A stretch of DNA of 64,000 bases from Elusimicrobiota bacterium (GCA_003557485.1 PWOI01000196.1:7782-71781), one strand, 5' to 3'. Positions 1-9,878 are shown, counted from the first letter of the stretch. The notes: a model not told the origin generated them from the letters alone. Translations and numbers: made by a program.

Positions 1-62
1 GGAGATATAATAAAGGGGCTGTAATTGTATAATTTTCTTATTTTTATTATCATAAAACAACC

Positions 63-911
63 ATGGATAAGAATATATCAGTAGTAATACCGGCGTATAA
101 CGAGGAGAAAACCATATCGAAGGTTATATCAGATATAAAAGCTCTGCTTGGTCAGTACGGATTTGAATCGGAGATCGTTGTTGTAGATGACGGGAGTACA
201 GATGATACCTCCCGGATAATAAAAAAGCTTGACGTTGTAATAGTTACCATAAGTCCAAACAGAGGTTACGGCCGGGCAATAAAAAGGGGGATAGAAAAGG
301 CCAGATACGAGATGGTTATGATTACTGACGGTGACGGGACTTATACTACCGAAAGTATGAAGGAGCTTCTTGAAAGCCGTTTAGATTACGATATGCTTGT
401 AGGGGCAAGGCGAAACATAGACCCGTCTCTCATAAAAAAACCCGCAAAGTGGTTTGTAAATAAGCTGGCAGGTTATATTACCGGGGTTAAGATTCCCGAC
501 CTAAATTCAGGTCTGAGAATTTTTAAAAGAGAGAAGGCAGTAAGGTTTTTTAAATTGCTTCCCGATGGTTTTTCGCTTACCTCTACCCTCACAATTGCAA
601 TGCTTAATGACGGAGACAAAGTCCAGTATGCCGAGATTGAATACAGAAAAAGAAAAACAAAATCCAAGTTTCACCCCATATCAGATACCATTAACCTGAT
701 TTCCTTTATCTTTCAGACAACAATCTATTTCAATCCCTTAAAGGTTTTTGTTCCCTTAAGTATTGTTTTGTTTATATTCGGCATAAGCGCCTTGCTGTAC
801 AGGATCTTTTACGGGGGCTTCGGAGTGGTAAGTGTAATTTTCTTCCTCGCTGCTCTTCAAATTTTGTCTATAGGGCTTATTGCTGATTTAATAGGAAAAC
901 AACTCAAATAA
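63..911 (+). CDS. GT2 family polyprenyl-phosphate glycosyltransferase (DPM1/ArnC/GtrB-like) with C-terminal TM helices
   Basis: N-terminal VVIPAYNEE...VVDDGSTDDT GT-A signature with DxD-type ITDGDG. Hydrophobic C-terminal segments typical of dolichyl/undecaprenyl-phosphate sugar transferases. Confidence 0.7.
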   Translation: MDKNISVVIPAYNEEKTISKVISDIKALLGQYGFESEIVVVDDGSTDDTSRIIKKLDVVIVTISPNRGYGRAIKRGIEKARYEMVMITDGDGTYTTESMKELLESRLDYDMLVGARRNIDPSLIKKPAKWFVNKLAGYITGVKIPDLNSGLRIFKREKAVRFFKLLPDGFSLTSTLTIAMLNDGDKVQYAEIEYRKRKTKSKFHPISDTINLISFIFQTTIYFNPLKVFVPLSIVLFIFGISALLYRIFYGGFGVVSVIFFLAALQILSIGLIADLIGKQLK

Positions 912-982
912 AAATATAACTTTTTATTTGATTTGCTTGTTTTAAAATAATAGAATATATCCTGTGTTAATAATATAAAAAC

Positions 983-1969
983 ATGAATCCTATAGTAATA
1001 AAAGTTACTCTTTTAGTCATAATGGTTGTTGTCCTTGTCCTCCTTTTGCTTTCGGGGAGGAAAAGGCTTTCCGCAATGGAAAAAAAGATTCAGAACGGTG
1101 AATTCCCTTCTGATGAAGCGGAGCTTAAGGAGTACGAGCGTGTAATTACGCGATTGACAGATCCTCGTCTGCGTTCCCAAACGGTTCGGATTCTTTTTGA
1201 TTACTGCCGCAAAAAACACGCCGGCCGTATTGCAATTATTGAGAAAGCCCTTCATTACGGGGAGATGATAAGAAAAGATTTTTCTGATATGGAGTTCTAT
1301 GAGGACTCTATGTTTGAACTCGGGAATATTTATTTTTTCGATAGGTATGATTTTGAAAAGGCGCTTGAAATTTTCAGTGAACTTATGAAAAAGAAACCGT
1401 ATTCCAGGTGGAAGGCAGTATGTGATATGCGAATTAAGCTTATAGATATAAATATTTCAAATGAAGAGGCCCTTAAGCTTTATGTAACCGCGGAGAAATA
1501 TTTTGAAAACTCCAGGTTTGCAGATGCCGAATCATATCTTCATAAGATAATAGATGAATACCCCGGCAGTGACCTTGCCGGAGCTTCACTGTTTTTCCTT
1601 GGAGACATTTATTACTACAAGCACGAGGATATAGATAAGGCTTTTTCATATTACAGCCGTCTTTATAAAGAGATTCCCGGACACCGCAGCGCTGAAAAGG
1701 CTGTTTACAAGGCAGGTGAGATACTGAGAAAAAAAGAGAAGTGGGACGATGCGATAGAACTCTACAGGAAATTCAGCACAGAATTTACAGATAGTCCATA
1801 CCGGGACGATGCTTATTTTTATATAGGTGAATGTTATCAGAACATGGACCAGCCCAGGGATGCAAAAAATGCCTATTCTCTTATCCTGGGAGATTATCCC
1901 GATAGCAAGTGGACCGATGTTATATACCACAGGGTGCAGGAACTTAATAAAATAATAGAAGAACGGTGA
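983..1969 (+). CDS. TPR-repeat protein with N-terminal membrane anchor
   Basis: Hydrophobic N-terminus (LLVIMVVVLVLLLL), then repeated Y/F-x-x-G-x-x-Y-x-x-x-x-Y-x-x-A helical repeats (GNIYFFDRYDFEKALEIF, GDIYYYKHEDIDKAFSYY, GECYQNMDQPRDAKNAY). Confidence 0.6.
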   Translation: MNPIVIKVTLLVIMVVVLVLLLLSGRKRLSAMEKKIQNGEFPSDEAELKEYERVITRLTDPRLRSQTVRILFDYCRKKHAGRIAIIEKALHYGEMIRKDFSDMEFYEDSMFELGNIYFFDRYDFEKALEIFSELMKKKPYSRWKAVCDMRIKLIDINISNEEALKLYVTAEKYFENSRFADAESYLHKIIDEYPGSDLAGASLFFLGDIYYYKHEDIDKAFSYYSRLYKEIPGHRSAEKAVYKAGEILRKKEKWDDAIELYRKFSTEFTDSPYRDDAYFYIGECYQNMDQPRDAKNAYSLILGDYPDSKWTDVIYHRVQELNKIIEER

Positions 1970-2979
1970 TGCTTTTTCCGCTTGCCCTGATATCGGTTCT
2001 TTCGGGAACGGTTTTAACTTATGCAGTTAAGCAGCTTGCCGTGAAAAAAGGCTTTGTTGACACACCTTCGGGAGACCTGAAAGAACATGCAGATCCGGTT
2101 CCTTATGCCGGTACTGCCATTTTCCTTACTTTTATGCTGGTACTCATAGGTGTCCGCTTATTTACATCATACCCTACAGGAACTCTGCGTCAGCTTCGGG
2201 GTATCGTCTTCGGTGGAAGTTTTGTATTTGTTCTCGGGATTATTGATGATATATATGAACTTTCCTACGGTATTAAATTTCTCGGGCAGGCCGCTGCTGC
2301 CGGGATACTAATATATTACGGAATAAGCATAAGGATATTCCCTTCGGAAATTCTAAATGTCGCCTTCAGCGTGCTATGGGTTGTTCTGATAGTGAATTCT
2401 CTAAATATTATTGATGTGATGGATGGCCTTGCGCCCGGTATAGCAGCTATAGCGGCTCTGGGGTTTTTTACCGTTACCCTGCCGGGAGAACTGGTCTATG
2501 TTAATATAGGAGCAATAGTTCTTTTCGGAGCTTTGCTGGGGTTCTGGTTTTTCAACCGTCCTCCCGCTAAAGTCTTTATGGGAGATGCAGGGAGTCTTTT
2601 TACAGGCTTCATACTGGCAGCGATTTCAATGGGTGCCGAGTACAGCGGAGCCAATCTCCTGGGGCTTTTTGCTCCCGTTTTTATACTTATGATCCCGATT
2701 TACGATACGCTGCTTGTAATATATTTCCGCTACAGGTCGGGAAGGCCTGTATTCAAGGGTTCTAAAGATCATTTTGCCATAAGGCTTTCTTCGGCGGGCC
2801 TTTCAGACCTGACCATAGACCTTATTGGTTATATAGCTGCTTTTATTTTTGCAGGAGCGGCCATTATTGTTACCCGGGCTTCTGCCGGAATATCTTTTCT
2901 TGTAATATCCGCTGTCTTTTTTATAGCTGTCGCCGGCAGCGCCGTACTGAGCGGATTTGACCCACACCGTAAAAGATGA
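1966..2979 (+). CDS. MraY/WecA-family polyprenyl-phosphate N-acetylhexosamine-1-phosphate transferase
   Basis: Polytopic membrane protein with hallmark DDxxE/L (IIDDIYELSYGIKF) and NxxNxxDGxDGL (NSLNIIDVMDGLAPG) motifs. ATGA overlap with the upstream gene. Confidence 0.75.
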   Translation: MMLFPLALISVLSGTVLTYAVKQLAVKKGFVDTPSGDLKEHADPVPYAGTAIFLTFMLVLIGVRLFTSYPTGTLRQLRGIVFGGSFVFVLGIIDDIYELSYGIKFLGQAAAAGILIYYGISIRIFPSEILNVAFSVLWVVLIVNSLNIIDVMDGLAPGIAAIAALGFFTVTLPGELVYVNIGAIVLFGALLGFWFFNRPPAKVFMGDAGSLFTGFILAAISMGAEYSGANLLGLFAPVFILMIPIYDTLLVIYFRYRSGRPVFKGSKDHFAIRLSSAGLSDLTIDLIGYIAAFIFAGAAIIVTRASAGISFLVISAVFFIAVAGSAVLSGFDPHRKR

Positions 2980-4280
2980 AAGTTGCGGTAATAGGGGCAG
3001 GCCTTACCGGGCTTTCTGCTGCTGCGGCTCTCAGGGGAAAAGCAGAGGTGGAGGTATTTGAAGAGAACCGGGTGCCCGGAGGGCTCTGCGCCACTGTGGA
3101 GAAAGACGGCTACCGTTTTGATTATACCGGGCATTTTCTTCACTTCAGAAACCAATCCGTAAAAAAGAGGGTCCAGAGTCTCTTTGACGGAGAGAGCCTT
3201 CTCTGCAGGGAAAGGAAATCCGGGATATATTTTAAAGGGAAGTTTGTTCCCTATCCTTTCCAGAGCCATATTCATTACCTTCCCGAAAAAGAAAGGCAAG
3301 AATGCCTTACCGGTTTTTTGAAGGCGCTGCGCGGCGGCGATGCGGAAGAGTCCGGAAGTTTTTATGACTGGATGGTTTCCCGGTTCGGCGGGGGAGTCAC
3401 TAAACATTTTATGCTGCCCTACAACCGCAAATTATGGACGGTTCATCCTTCAGAGATGACTACATCCTGGATGGGGCGTTTTGTCCCCCGGCCTGATCCG
3501 GAAGATTTTATAGCCGGGGCTCTTACCCGGGGAAAAGAAAAAGAGGGCTATAATGCCGTATATTACTATCCTCGCGCGGGCATAGGCGCACTGGCGGAGA
3601 AACTGGGAGAGGAAACGGGGGGGATAAAATATGGATGCAGGGTTGAGAAGGTCTTGCCGGACGAGAAAGTTCTTCTGGCCGGAGAAAGAAGATACAGCTA
3701 CGATGTTCTTATAAATACCTCTCCACTTAAAAGTTTTGCCTTTGATCTTGTTTCCGGCCCGGATCTGAAAGAAGACGCATCCCTGCTGAAGCACAGCAGC
3801 CTGCTTAATATAAACCTGGGTTGGAAAGGGGATACAGGGCCTGCTGTCCCCGAAGGAACTCACTGGCTATATTTTCCTTCTGAAGAATATGATTTTTACC
3901 GGGTAGGGTTTCCTTCTAATATATCTGATTCTGTCGCTCCGCCTGGATGCAGCAGCTGCTACGTTGAGATATCCTGTCCTCCTTCTGCCCTCAAGGAGCT
4001 TGCCGGCAGCAGAGAGATTGTTGAAAAAACTGTTAAAAAGCTTCAAGAGGCGGGCATTATCCCGGCTTCGGCTGAAATTGAAACAGAAGTGGTCCTTCCT
4101 ATAGAGTACTCTTATGTTATATATGACAGGGAAAGAGACGGCGCTGTAAAGAGAATTTTAGATTGCCTGGAGAGAAAATCTGTTTTAAGCGGCGGCAGAT
4201 ACGGCAGATGGGAATACTCCACTATGGAGGAAGCCATTGAAACCGGAGTGGAACTGGCGGGAAAATGCCTGGCAAAATAG
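2976..4280 (+). CDS. UDP-galactopyranose-mutase-like FAD-dependent oxidoreductase (amine-oxidase fold)
   Basis: N-terminal Rossmann GxGxxG (KVAVIGAGLTGLSAAAAL). The GGLCAT...GYRFDYTGHFLHF segment resembles the Glf GGN...G.H.FHT region. C-terminal GGRYGRWEYSTMEEAI resembles the Glf GRLxxYxYxxMD motif. Assignment made from remembered motifs only. Confidence 0.45.
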   Translation: MKVAVIGAGLTGLSAAAALRGKAEVEVFEENRVPGGLCATVEKDGYRFDYTGHFLHFRNQSVKKRVQSLFDGESLLCRERKSGIYFKGKFVPYPFQSHIHYLPEKERQECLTGFLKALRGGDAEESGSFYDWMVSRFGGGVTKHFMLPYNRKLWTVHPSEMTTSWMGRFVPRPDPEDFIAGALTRGKEKEGYNAVYYYPRAGIGALAEKLGEETGGIKYGCRVEKVLPDEKVLLAGERRYSYDVLINTSPLKSFAFDLVSGPDLKEDASLLKHSSLLNINLGWKGDTGPAVPEGTHWLYFPSEEYDFYRVGFPSNISDSVAPPGCSSCYVEISCPPSALKELAGSREIVEKTVKKLQEAGIIPASAEIETEVVLPIEYSYVIYDRERDGAVKRILDCLERKSVLSGGRYGRWEYSTMEEAIETGVELAGKCLAK

Positions 4281-5416
4281 TTCATATAATAACAAGGCTT
4301 GAACTAGGGGGCGCTCAGCAGAATACTCTCTATACTCTGGAAAATCTGCAGAAGGGCGTTTTGGGTTTTCTCGTTGCCGGCAGGGGAGGATACCTTGACA
4401 CGCCGGCGAAAAAATCAGGAAGGTATTCCGTTACATTCTGTCCGTTTCTTGTAAGAAGAGTATTTCCTTTAGCTGATATTCTTGCTTTTTTCTGGATTTA
4501 TTTCTATTTGCTTGGCCTTAAACCGGATATTGTACATACTCATTCCTCAAAGGCGGGTATACTGGGCAGGTGGGCCGCATATTTTGCCCGCGTTCCTGTC
4601 ATTATACATACATTTCACGGTTTCGGGTTTACTCCGCTTCAGAGGACTTATGTGAAGATTTTTTTTGTTTTTCTTGAGAGGATTACAGCACCTGTTTCTG
4701 ATATTCTTATCACCGTTGCCCGGGATAACATTCGCAAGGCTCTTTCCGAAAAGATAGGTAAAAAGAACCAATATGCTGTTGTCCGCAGCGGCATTAATAT
4801 TAAAAAATTTGAAAAACCGGAAGAATTTGCTAATATCAGAAACAATCTGGGAATCAATTCCGCTGAAAAAGTAGTCGGAAATATTTCCTGTTTCAAACCG
4901 CAGAAGGGACTTGAGATTTTTGTAAAGGCCTGCGCTGAACTTGACAGGAAAGGAGAATACAGGTTTCTCCTGGCAGGTGACGGAATTCTGCGGGACAGAA
5001 TCGAAAATTTAATATGTGATCTGGGGCTTGAAAGAAAGTTTATACTTACCGGTTGGGTTGACGGCGCGGAAAAAGTCCTGCCCGCTATGGATGTTATGCT
5101 CCATACTGCTTATTTCGAAGGTCTGCCGCGGGTTTTCCCTGAAGCAATGGCTGGCGGTGTACCGGTTGTCGCTACGGAAGTCGACGGGGCAAGCGATATA
5201 ATTATTGACGGTATAAACGGGTTTCTTGCTCCGCCCGGAGATTACAGGGTTCTTGCGGAAAAAGCCTATAAGCTTCTTGAAGACGATGATCTTAGAAAAA
5301 GTATAGCCGCAGAAGCGCGCCGGCGCCTGAAAGACGAGTTTGATATAGGAAGAATGTCAGAAAAGCTTAATGATTTATATAATGCAGAACTTAATAAAAT
5401 GGAGAAAAGAAAATGA
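4265..5416 (+). CDS. GT4 (GT-B fold) glycosyltransferase
   Basis: C-terminal EGLPRVFPEAMAGGVPVVATEVDGASDII matches the GT4/GT1 E-x7-E motif region. N-terminal Glyco_trans_4-like domain. Confidence 0.7.
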   Translation: MPGKIVHIITRLELGGAQQNTLYTLENLQKGVLGFLVAGRGGYLDTPAKKSGRYSVTFCPFLVRRVFPLADILAFFWIYFYLLGLKPDIVHTHSSKAGILGRWAAYFARVPVIIHTFHGFGFTPLQRTYVKIFFVFLERITAPVSDILITVARDNIRKALSEKIGKKNQYAVVRSGINIKKFEKPEEFANIRNNLGINSAEKVVGNISCFKPQKGLEIFVKACAELDRKGEYRFLLAGDGILRDRIENLICDLGLERKFILTGWVDGAEKVLPAMDVMLHTAYFEGLPRVFPEAMAGGVPVVATEVDGASDIIIDGINGFLAPPGDYRVLAEKAYKLLEDDDLRKSIAAEARRRLKDEFDIGRMSEKLNDLYNAELNKMEKRK

Positions 5417-7167
5417 ACGATAAAGAAAATAAAAAAGAAATGAACCTGTTCAGGGAAATATTTCCCTATTCACAGGTTCCTTATATTACATTTGAGGATG
5501 AGTTGGCAGCTATGGATATGCCCGGAGAGATTTGGATTACCGATACAACTTTCAGGGACGGACAGCAGGCAAGGGCCCCGTATACCGTTAAGCAGATAGT
5601 CGATCTCTTTACTTTCATGCACCGTCTTGGCGGGGAAAAAGGGCTCATAAGGTTTAGTGAGTTTTTTCTTTACAGTAACAAGGACCGCGAGGCGGTCCGC
5701 AGGTGTCAGGAAAAAGGTTTTGAGTTTCCTAAGATAACAGGTTGGATAAGAGCTGTTGAACAGGATTTTCAACTGGTAAAAAAGATGGGGCTTAAGGAAA
5801 CGGGAATCCTTACTTCTGCTTCCGATTACCATATTTTACTGAAGCTTAAAACTGATAGGAAAACTGCAATGGATAAATACCTCAGGGTTGTGGATGCTGC
5901 ACTCGAAAACGAAATAATCCCCCGCTGCCACCTTGAGGATATAACCCGGGCCGATTTTTACGGGTTTGTCATTCCGTTTGTAAGAAAACTGATGGAACGT
6001 TCCAGACAGAGCGGGCTGCCCGTAAAGGTCAGGGCCTGTGATACACTCGGTTACGGTGTGCCTCATCCGCAGGCAACGCTTCCGCGTTCGGTTCCTAAAA
6101 TTATTGAGAAGCTTAGAAAAGAAGGAGGCGTACCTTCGGAACATCTTGAATGGCACGGTCATAACGACTTCCATAAGGTAGTTGTATGCGGATTCTGCGC
6201 CTGGCTTTACGGAGCTTCCGGCGTTAACGGAACTCTTCTGGGATACGGTGAAAGAACCGGTAACCCGCCAATAGAGGCGCTGGTTGTTGACTATATGAGC
6301 CTTATGAAGACTTCAGATGGGCTCAATCCAAAAGTAATAACTGAAATGGCTGACTATTTCCGTGAAGAACTTGACGAGGAGATACCTCCTTCCTTTCCTT
6401 TTGTCGGAAGCGAATTTAATACGACCAGGGCGGGGATTCACGCTGACGGGCTGATAAAGAACGAGGAGATATACAATATATTTGATACTGCGGCGATACT
6501 TGACCGTCCTATGAATGTTGCCATCTCCGATAAGTCAGGAACAGCCGGAATAGCTTTCTGGATAAATAATTTTATGGAGCTCAAAGACGACGAGAGAATA
6601 GATAAAAGCGATGAAAGAGTCGGAAAGATATATGAATTGATTCTAAAAAAGTACAAGGAAGGGAGAACGACGGCAATGGCAAACGAGGAAATGGAACACC
6701 TTACAAAGGAATATTTTCCCGATTATTTTGCCTCGGAGTTCGAGCATCTCAAAAAGAAAGCGGCCCGCCTTGCCGAGCACCTGGTTGAGGACCTCTCTGA
6801 AAATGATGAAATCCGGAGTATGGATACTGAGAGGATGGAAAAGGCTATGGAAGAAATCCGCAAGGAGCATAATTTCATCCAGTTTGTCTATATAGTAGAC
6901 CGCAAAGGTGTCAAGGTGACCAGGAATATCATAAATCCCAGGTATAAGAGTGAATATGAGAAGAAAGACGTAGGTGTCATTTATTCTGATCGCCAGTGGT
7001 TTAACCAGGCTATTGAAAGCGGTATGCCTTTTGTCTCTGATTTCTATATCTCAAAAATGACGGGGCGGCTCTGCATAACTGTTTCGGCTCCAGTCAGGGA
7101 TGAGTCAGACCGTATACTGGGCGTAGCCGGTATAGATATAAGTTTTGAGGACCTTGTAAAGCTATGA
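5413..7167 (+). CDS. HMGL-like 2-oxoacid:acetyl-CoA condensing enzyme (isopropylmalate/citramalate/homocitrate/Re-citrate synthase family) with a C-terminal Cache/PAS-like domain
   Basis: ITDTTFRDGQQA catalytic motif at the start of the TIM barrel, HxH (EWHGHND) metal site and the post-barrel subdomain (GIHADGLIKNEEIY) typical of the LeuA/CimA/NifV family. The last ~100 aa (QFVYIVDRKGVKV...DRQWFNQAIESGMPFVSDFYISKMTGRLCITVSAPVRD...ILGVAGIDISFEDL) carry the Cache-like D-R-x-W...G...S..Y.S..TG...IT.S.P.....G...GV.G.DI pattern instead of a LeuA_dimer regulatory domain. Confidence 0.6.
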   Translation: MNDKENKKEMNLFREIFPYSQVPYITFEDELAAMDMPGEIWITDTTFRDGQQARAPYTVKQIVDLFTFMHRLGGEKGLIRFSEFFLYSNKDREAVRRCQEKGFEFPKITGWIRAVEQDFQLVKKMGLKETGILTSASDYHILLKLKTDRKTAMDKYLRVVDAALENEIIPRCHLEDITRADFYGFVIPFVRKLMERSRQSGLPVKVRACDTLGYGVPHPQATLPRSVPKIIEKLRKEGGVPSEHLEWHGHNDFHKVVVCGFCAWLYGASGVNGTLLGYGERTGNPPIEALVVDYMSLMKTSDGLNPKVITEMADYFREELDEEIPPSFPFVGSEFNTTRAGIHADGLIKNEEIYNIFDTAAILDRPMNVAISDKSGTAGIAFWINNFMELKDDERIDKSDERVGKIYELILKKYKEGRTTAMANEEMEHLTKEYFPDYFASEFEHLKKKAARLAEHLVEDLSENDEIRSMDTERMEKAMEEIRKEHNFIQFVYIVDRKGVKVTRNIINPRYKSEYEKKDVGVIYSDRQWFNQAIESGMPFVSDFYISKMTGRLCITVSAPVRDESDRILGVAGIDISFEDLVKL

Positions 7168-8102
7168 AGGTTGCAGTAATAGGGGCAGGTGCGGTAGGCG
7201 GGCAGCTGGCCTTTGTGCTGGCTCTTAAGAGGTACCGGCAGATTGCGCTTATAGATACTGCCGAAGGAGTTGCCCGGGGCAAGGCTATGGATATAATGCA
7301 GTCCCAGCCCGTATGGGGTTTTCCCGGAACCGTTGAGGGTTCAGAAGATTACGCTATTATGGAAGGGTCGTCGGCAGTGGTAATAACAGCCGGATCCCCG
7401 CGAAAACCGGGAATGACCAGGGAAGACCTCTTTAATATAAATTATTCAATAATTGACAGAGTATGCTCAAATATTAAACAATACGCTCCCGGCGCCATAG
7501 TTATAGTTATTACAAATCCCCTGGACATAATGACTTATGCAGCCTGGAAGGCTACGGGATTTAATTCTTCGAGAGTGATGGGGATGGGGGGTATGCTTGA
7601 CAGCGCCAGGTACCGCTACTTTATAGCGGAAGCTGCCGGATGCGCGCCGGATGAAGCCGAGGGAGTGGTTATAGGCCCTCACGGTGAATCAATGATACCT
7701 CTTGACGGGGCACGCGCTGCCGGAAAGTCCCTGGAGGAAATTGTGGGAGAAAAAGCTTCTCTCAGGGTAAAGGAAAAGACCGCGGCCGGGGGAAAAGAAA
7801 TAGTTTCTCTTCTTAAAAGCGGCAGCGCGCATTTCGCTCCGGCTGCTGCTGCCGCGGAAATGCTGGATGCCGTATTCAATGATACCGGCCGCGTGATGCC
7901 GGCATGCGTTCTGGCATCGGGACTTTGGGACCTGCCGGAGGTATATATAGGGCTTGAAGCAAAAATTGGCAGGGAAGGGGTAAAAAAACTGGTTAAAAGC
8001 GATATTTCCGAAGGCGACCTGAAGCTTTTAAAGGAAGCTGCGGATAAGCTTTGCAAAAGGCTGGAGGAAATCGGAATTTCGGATTCGGACGGTAAAAAAT
8101 GA
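7164..8102 (+). CDS. mdh: malate dehydrogenase (LDH-like family, NAD-dependent)
   Basis: MKVAVIGAGAVGG Rossmann motif. Substrate loop AGSPRKPGMTREDL has Arg where LDH has Gln, which marks MDH rather than LDH. GPHGESMIPL follows. Confidence 0.75.
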   Translation: MKVAVIGAGAVGGQLAFVLALKRYRQIALIDTAEGVARGKAMDIMQSQPVWGFPGTVEGSEDYAIMEGSSAVVITAGSPRKPGMTREDLFNINYSIIDRVCSNIKQYAPGAIVIVITNPLDIMTYAAWKATGFNSSRVMGMGGMLDSARYRYFIAEAAGCAPDEAEGVVIGPHGESMIPLDGARAAGKSLEEIVGEKASLRVKEKTAAGGKEIVSLLKSGSAHFAPAAAAAEMLDAVFNDTGRVMPACVLASGLWDLPEVYIGLEAKIGREGVKKLVKSDISEGDLKLLKEAADKLCKRLEEIGISDSDGKK

Positions 8103-9358
8103 AACAGACTCTTACGGAAAAAATAATATCAAACCATGCCGGCAGGAAAGTTAAAGCCGGAGATATAGTGTTTGCTGATGTTGACAGGGCTTTTGTCCAG
8201 GACGGTACGGGGCCGTTGACTGTCAAGGTCATAAAAGAGATGGGGAAGGGGCTTAACCGCCCGGAGAGAAAGTATTTCTTTCTTGACCATGCGTCGCCTT
8301 CTTCAAAATCGGAGCTTTCAGACGCGCATAAGGTGCTCAGGGATTTTACTTCTTCAACGGGCGCGGTTCTTTCCGATGTGGGCAAAGGAATATGCCACCA
8401 GATTGTGGCCGAGCAGTACGCCCTGCCCGGAGAACTCATAGTAGGCGCGGATTCACATACTTGTACCGCTGGAGGAATCGGGGCCTTTGCTTCAGGGTTC
8501 GGATCTACGGATATAGCGTTTGCAATGGCTACGGGAAAACTCTGGCTCAAGGTGCCGCCGTCTATAAAAGTTACCCTTACCGGAAAGCTTCCCGAAAGAG
8601 TTTCGGCAAAAGACCTCATACTGACTCTCATAGGCCGAATATCTGCTTCGGGAGCCACTTACAGGGCTCTTGAGTTTACGGGAGAAGGGGTTGAAAATCT
8701 TTCTGTTGAAAGCAGGCTGACAGTCTGTAATATGGTCATAGAGGCCGGCGCCAAAAACGGGGTGATGCCCGCTGATGACAGGGTCTCCGAATATATTGAG
8801 CGTGAGAGGGGATGCAAGGTTGATTTCGAAAGGCTCAGGGCTGACGAAGAGGCTGAATATGAGAGCGAAATTACTATTGATCTGGATAACCTGGAGCCGG
8901 TAGCCGCAGCTCCCCACTCTGTTGACAATATTAAAAAACTGGATGATCTTGAAAAGGAGAATATAAAAGTTGACCAGGTCTTTATCGGGACCTGTACGGG
9001 AGGACGTATTGAGGACCTTGAGGCAGCTGCAAGGATTCTTGAAGGAAAGAAAATAAATCCTTCAGTACGCTTTGCGGTATGTCCGGCGTCAGAGAAAGTT
9101 TTTATGGATGCACTGGAGAAAGGGCTCATAAGGATTTTTACCGAAAGCGGTGGTTTCATAGTGACTCCGGGATGCGGCCCCTGCGTTGGCATACAGGGAG
9201 GCGTTATGGGTAAAGGCGAAGTTTGCCTTTCAACAGCCAATAGGAATTTTAAAGGAAGGATGGGATGCCCGGAAAGTGACATTTACCTTGCTTCGCCCCA
9301 GGCGGCAGCCGCTTCCGCGCTTGAAGGAAAAATTGTTTCACCTTTAAATGCCGGGTAA
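8099..9358 (+). CDS. aconitase-family dehydratase large subunit, archaeal-type short LeuC/homoaconitase-like (candidate isopropylmalate isomerase or aconitase)
   Basis: About 420 aa aconitase catalytic-domain protein. Fe-S ligand cysteines lie in GADSHTCT and GTCTGG / PGCGPCVG contexts. ATGA overlap with mdh. Confidence 0.7.
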   Translation: MKQTLTEKIISNHAGRKVKAGDIVFADVDRAFVQDGTGPLTVKVIKEMGKGLNRPERKYFFLDHASPSSKSELSDAHKVLRDFTSSTGAVLSDVGKGICHQIVAEQYALPGELIVGADSHTCTAGGIGAFASGFGSTDIAFAMATGKLWLKVPPSIKVTLTGKLPERVSAKDLILTLIGRISASGATYRALEFTGEGVENLSVESRLTVCNMVIEAGAKNGVMPADDRVSEYIERERGCKVDFERLRADEEAEYESEITIDLDNLEPVAAAPHSVDNIKKLDDLEKENIKVDQVFIGTCTGGRIEDLEAAARILEGKKINPSVRFAVCPASEKVFMDALEKGLIRIFTESGGFIVTPGCGPCVGIQGGVMGKGEVCLSTANRNFKGRMGCPESDIYLASPQAAAASALEGKIVSPLNAG

Positions 9359-9385
9359 TTAAAAAAATAGTATCGGAGTAGTAAA

Positions 9386-9877
9386 GTGAAAAAGCAGTTA
9401 AAAGGAAAAGTACATAAGTTCGGGAATAATATTTCAACGGACCTTATATGTCCCGGGAAATATTTTCACCTCAGATCGGATATAAAGAAGCTTGCCGGAC
9501 ACACGCTGGAGGATGCGGATCCGGAATTTATCAAGAAGGTTCAGCCGGGCGATTTTGTTGTTGCCGGTGAAAATTTCGGGTGCGGGTCATCGCGTGAACA
9601 TGCGCCGCTAATAATAAAAGAGAGCGGTGTCGGCGCGGTGCTTGCCGGAAGTTTTGCAAGAATTTTTTTCAGGAATGCCGTTAATATCGGCCTTCCTGTA
9701 ATGGAGCTTGATACTTCCGGTATGGAGAGCGGCGATGAACTTCTTATAGACGCCGAGAGCGGTAAAGTCAAAAACCTGAGCAAAAACACAGAATTGACAG
9801 CCACCCCTCTGACAGGAGTTATGAAGGATATCCTTGAGGCAGGCGGCCTTAAGGAGTATGTGAGAAAGGGGCTGTAA
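9386..9877 (+). CDS. aconitase-family dehydratase small subunit (LeuD-like swivel domain, archaeal-type)
   Basis: 163 aa. [14 protein letters not shown] motif of LeuD/aconitase domain 4. GTG start 27 nt after the large subunit. Confidence 0.7.
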   Translation: MKKQLKGKVHKFGNNISTDLICPGKYFHLRSDIKKLAGHTLEDADPEFIKKVQPGDFVVAGENFGCGSSREHAPLIIKESGVGAVLAGSFARIFFRNAVNIGLPVMELDTSGMESGDELLIDAESGKVKNLSKNTELTATPLTGVMKDILEAGGLKEYVRKGL

Positions 9878-9878
9878 G

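Noticed and set aside
7993-9282. Two long minus-strand ORFs (221 aa and 207 aa), Ser/Pro/Ala-rich
   Set aside because: Antisense to mdh/LeuC-like genes. The composition is typical of a reverse-frame artefact of GC-rich codons.
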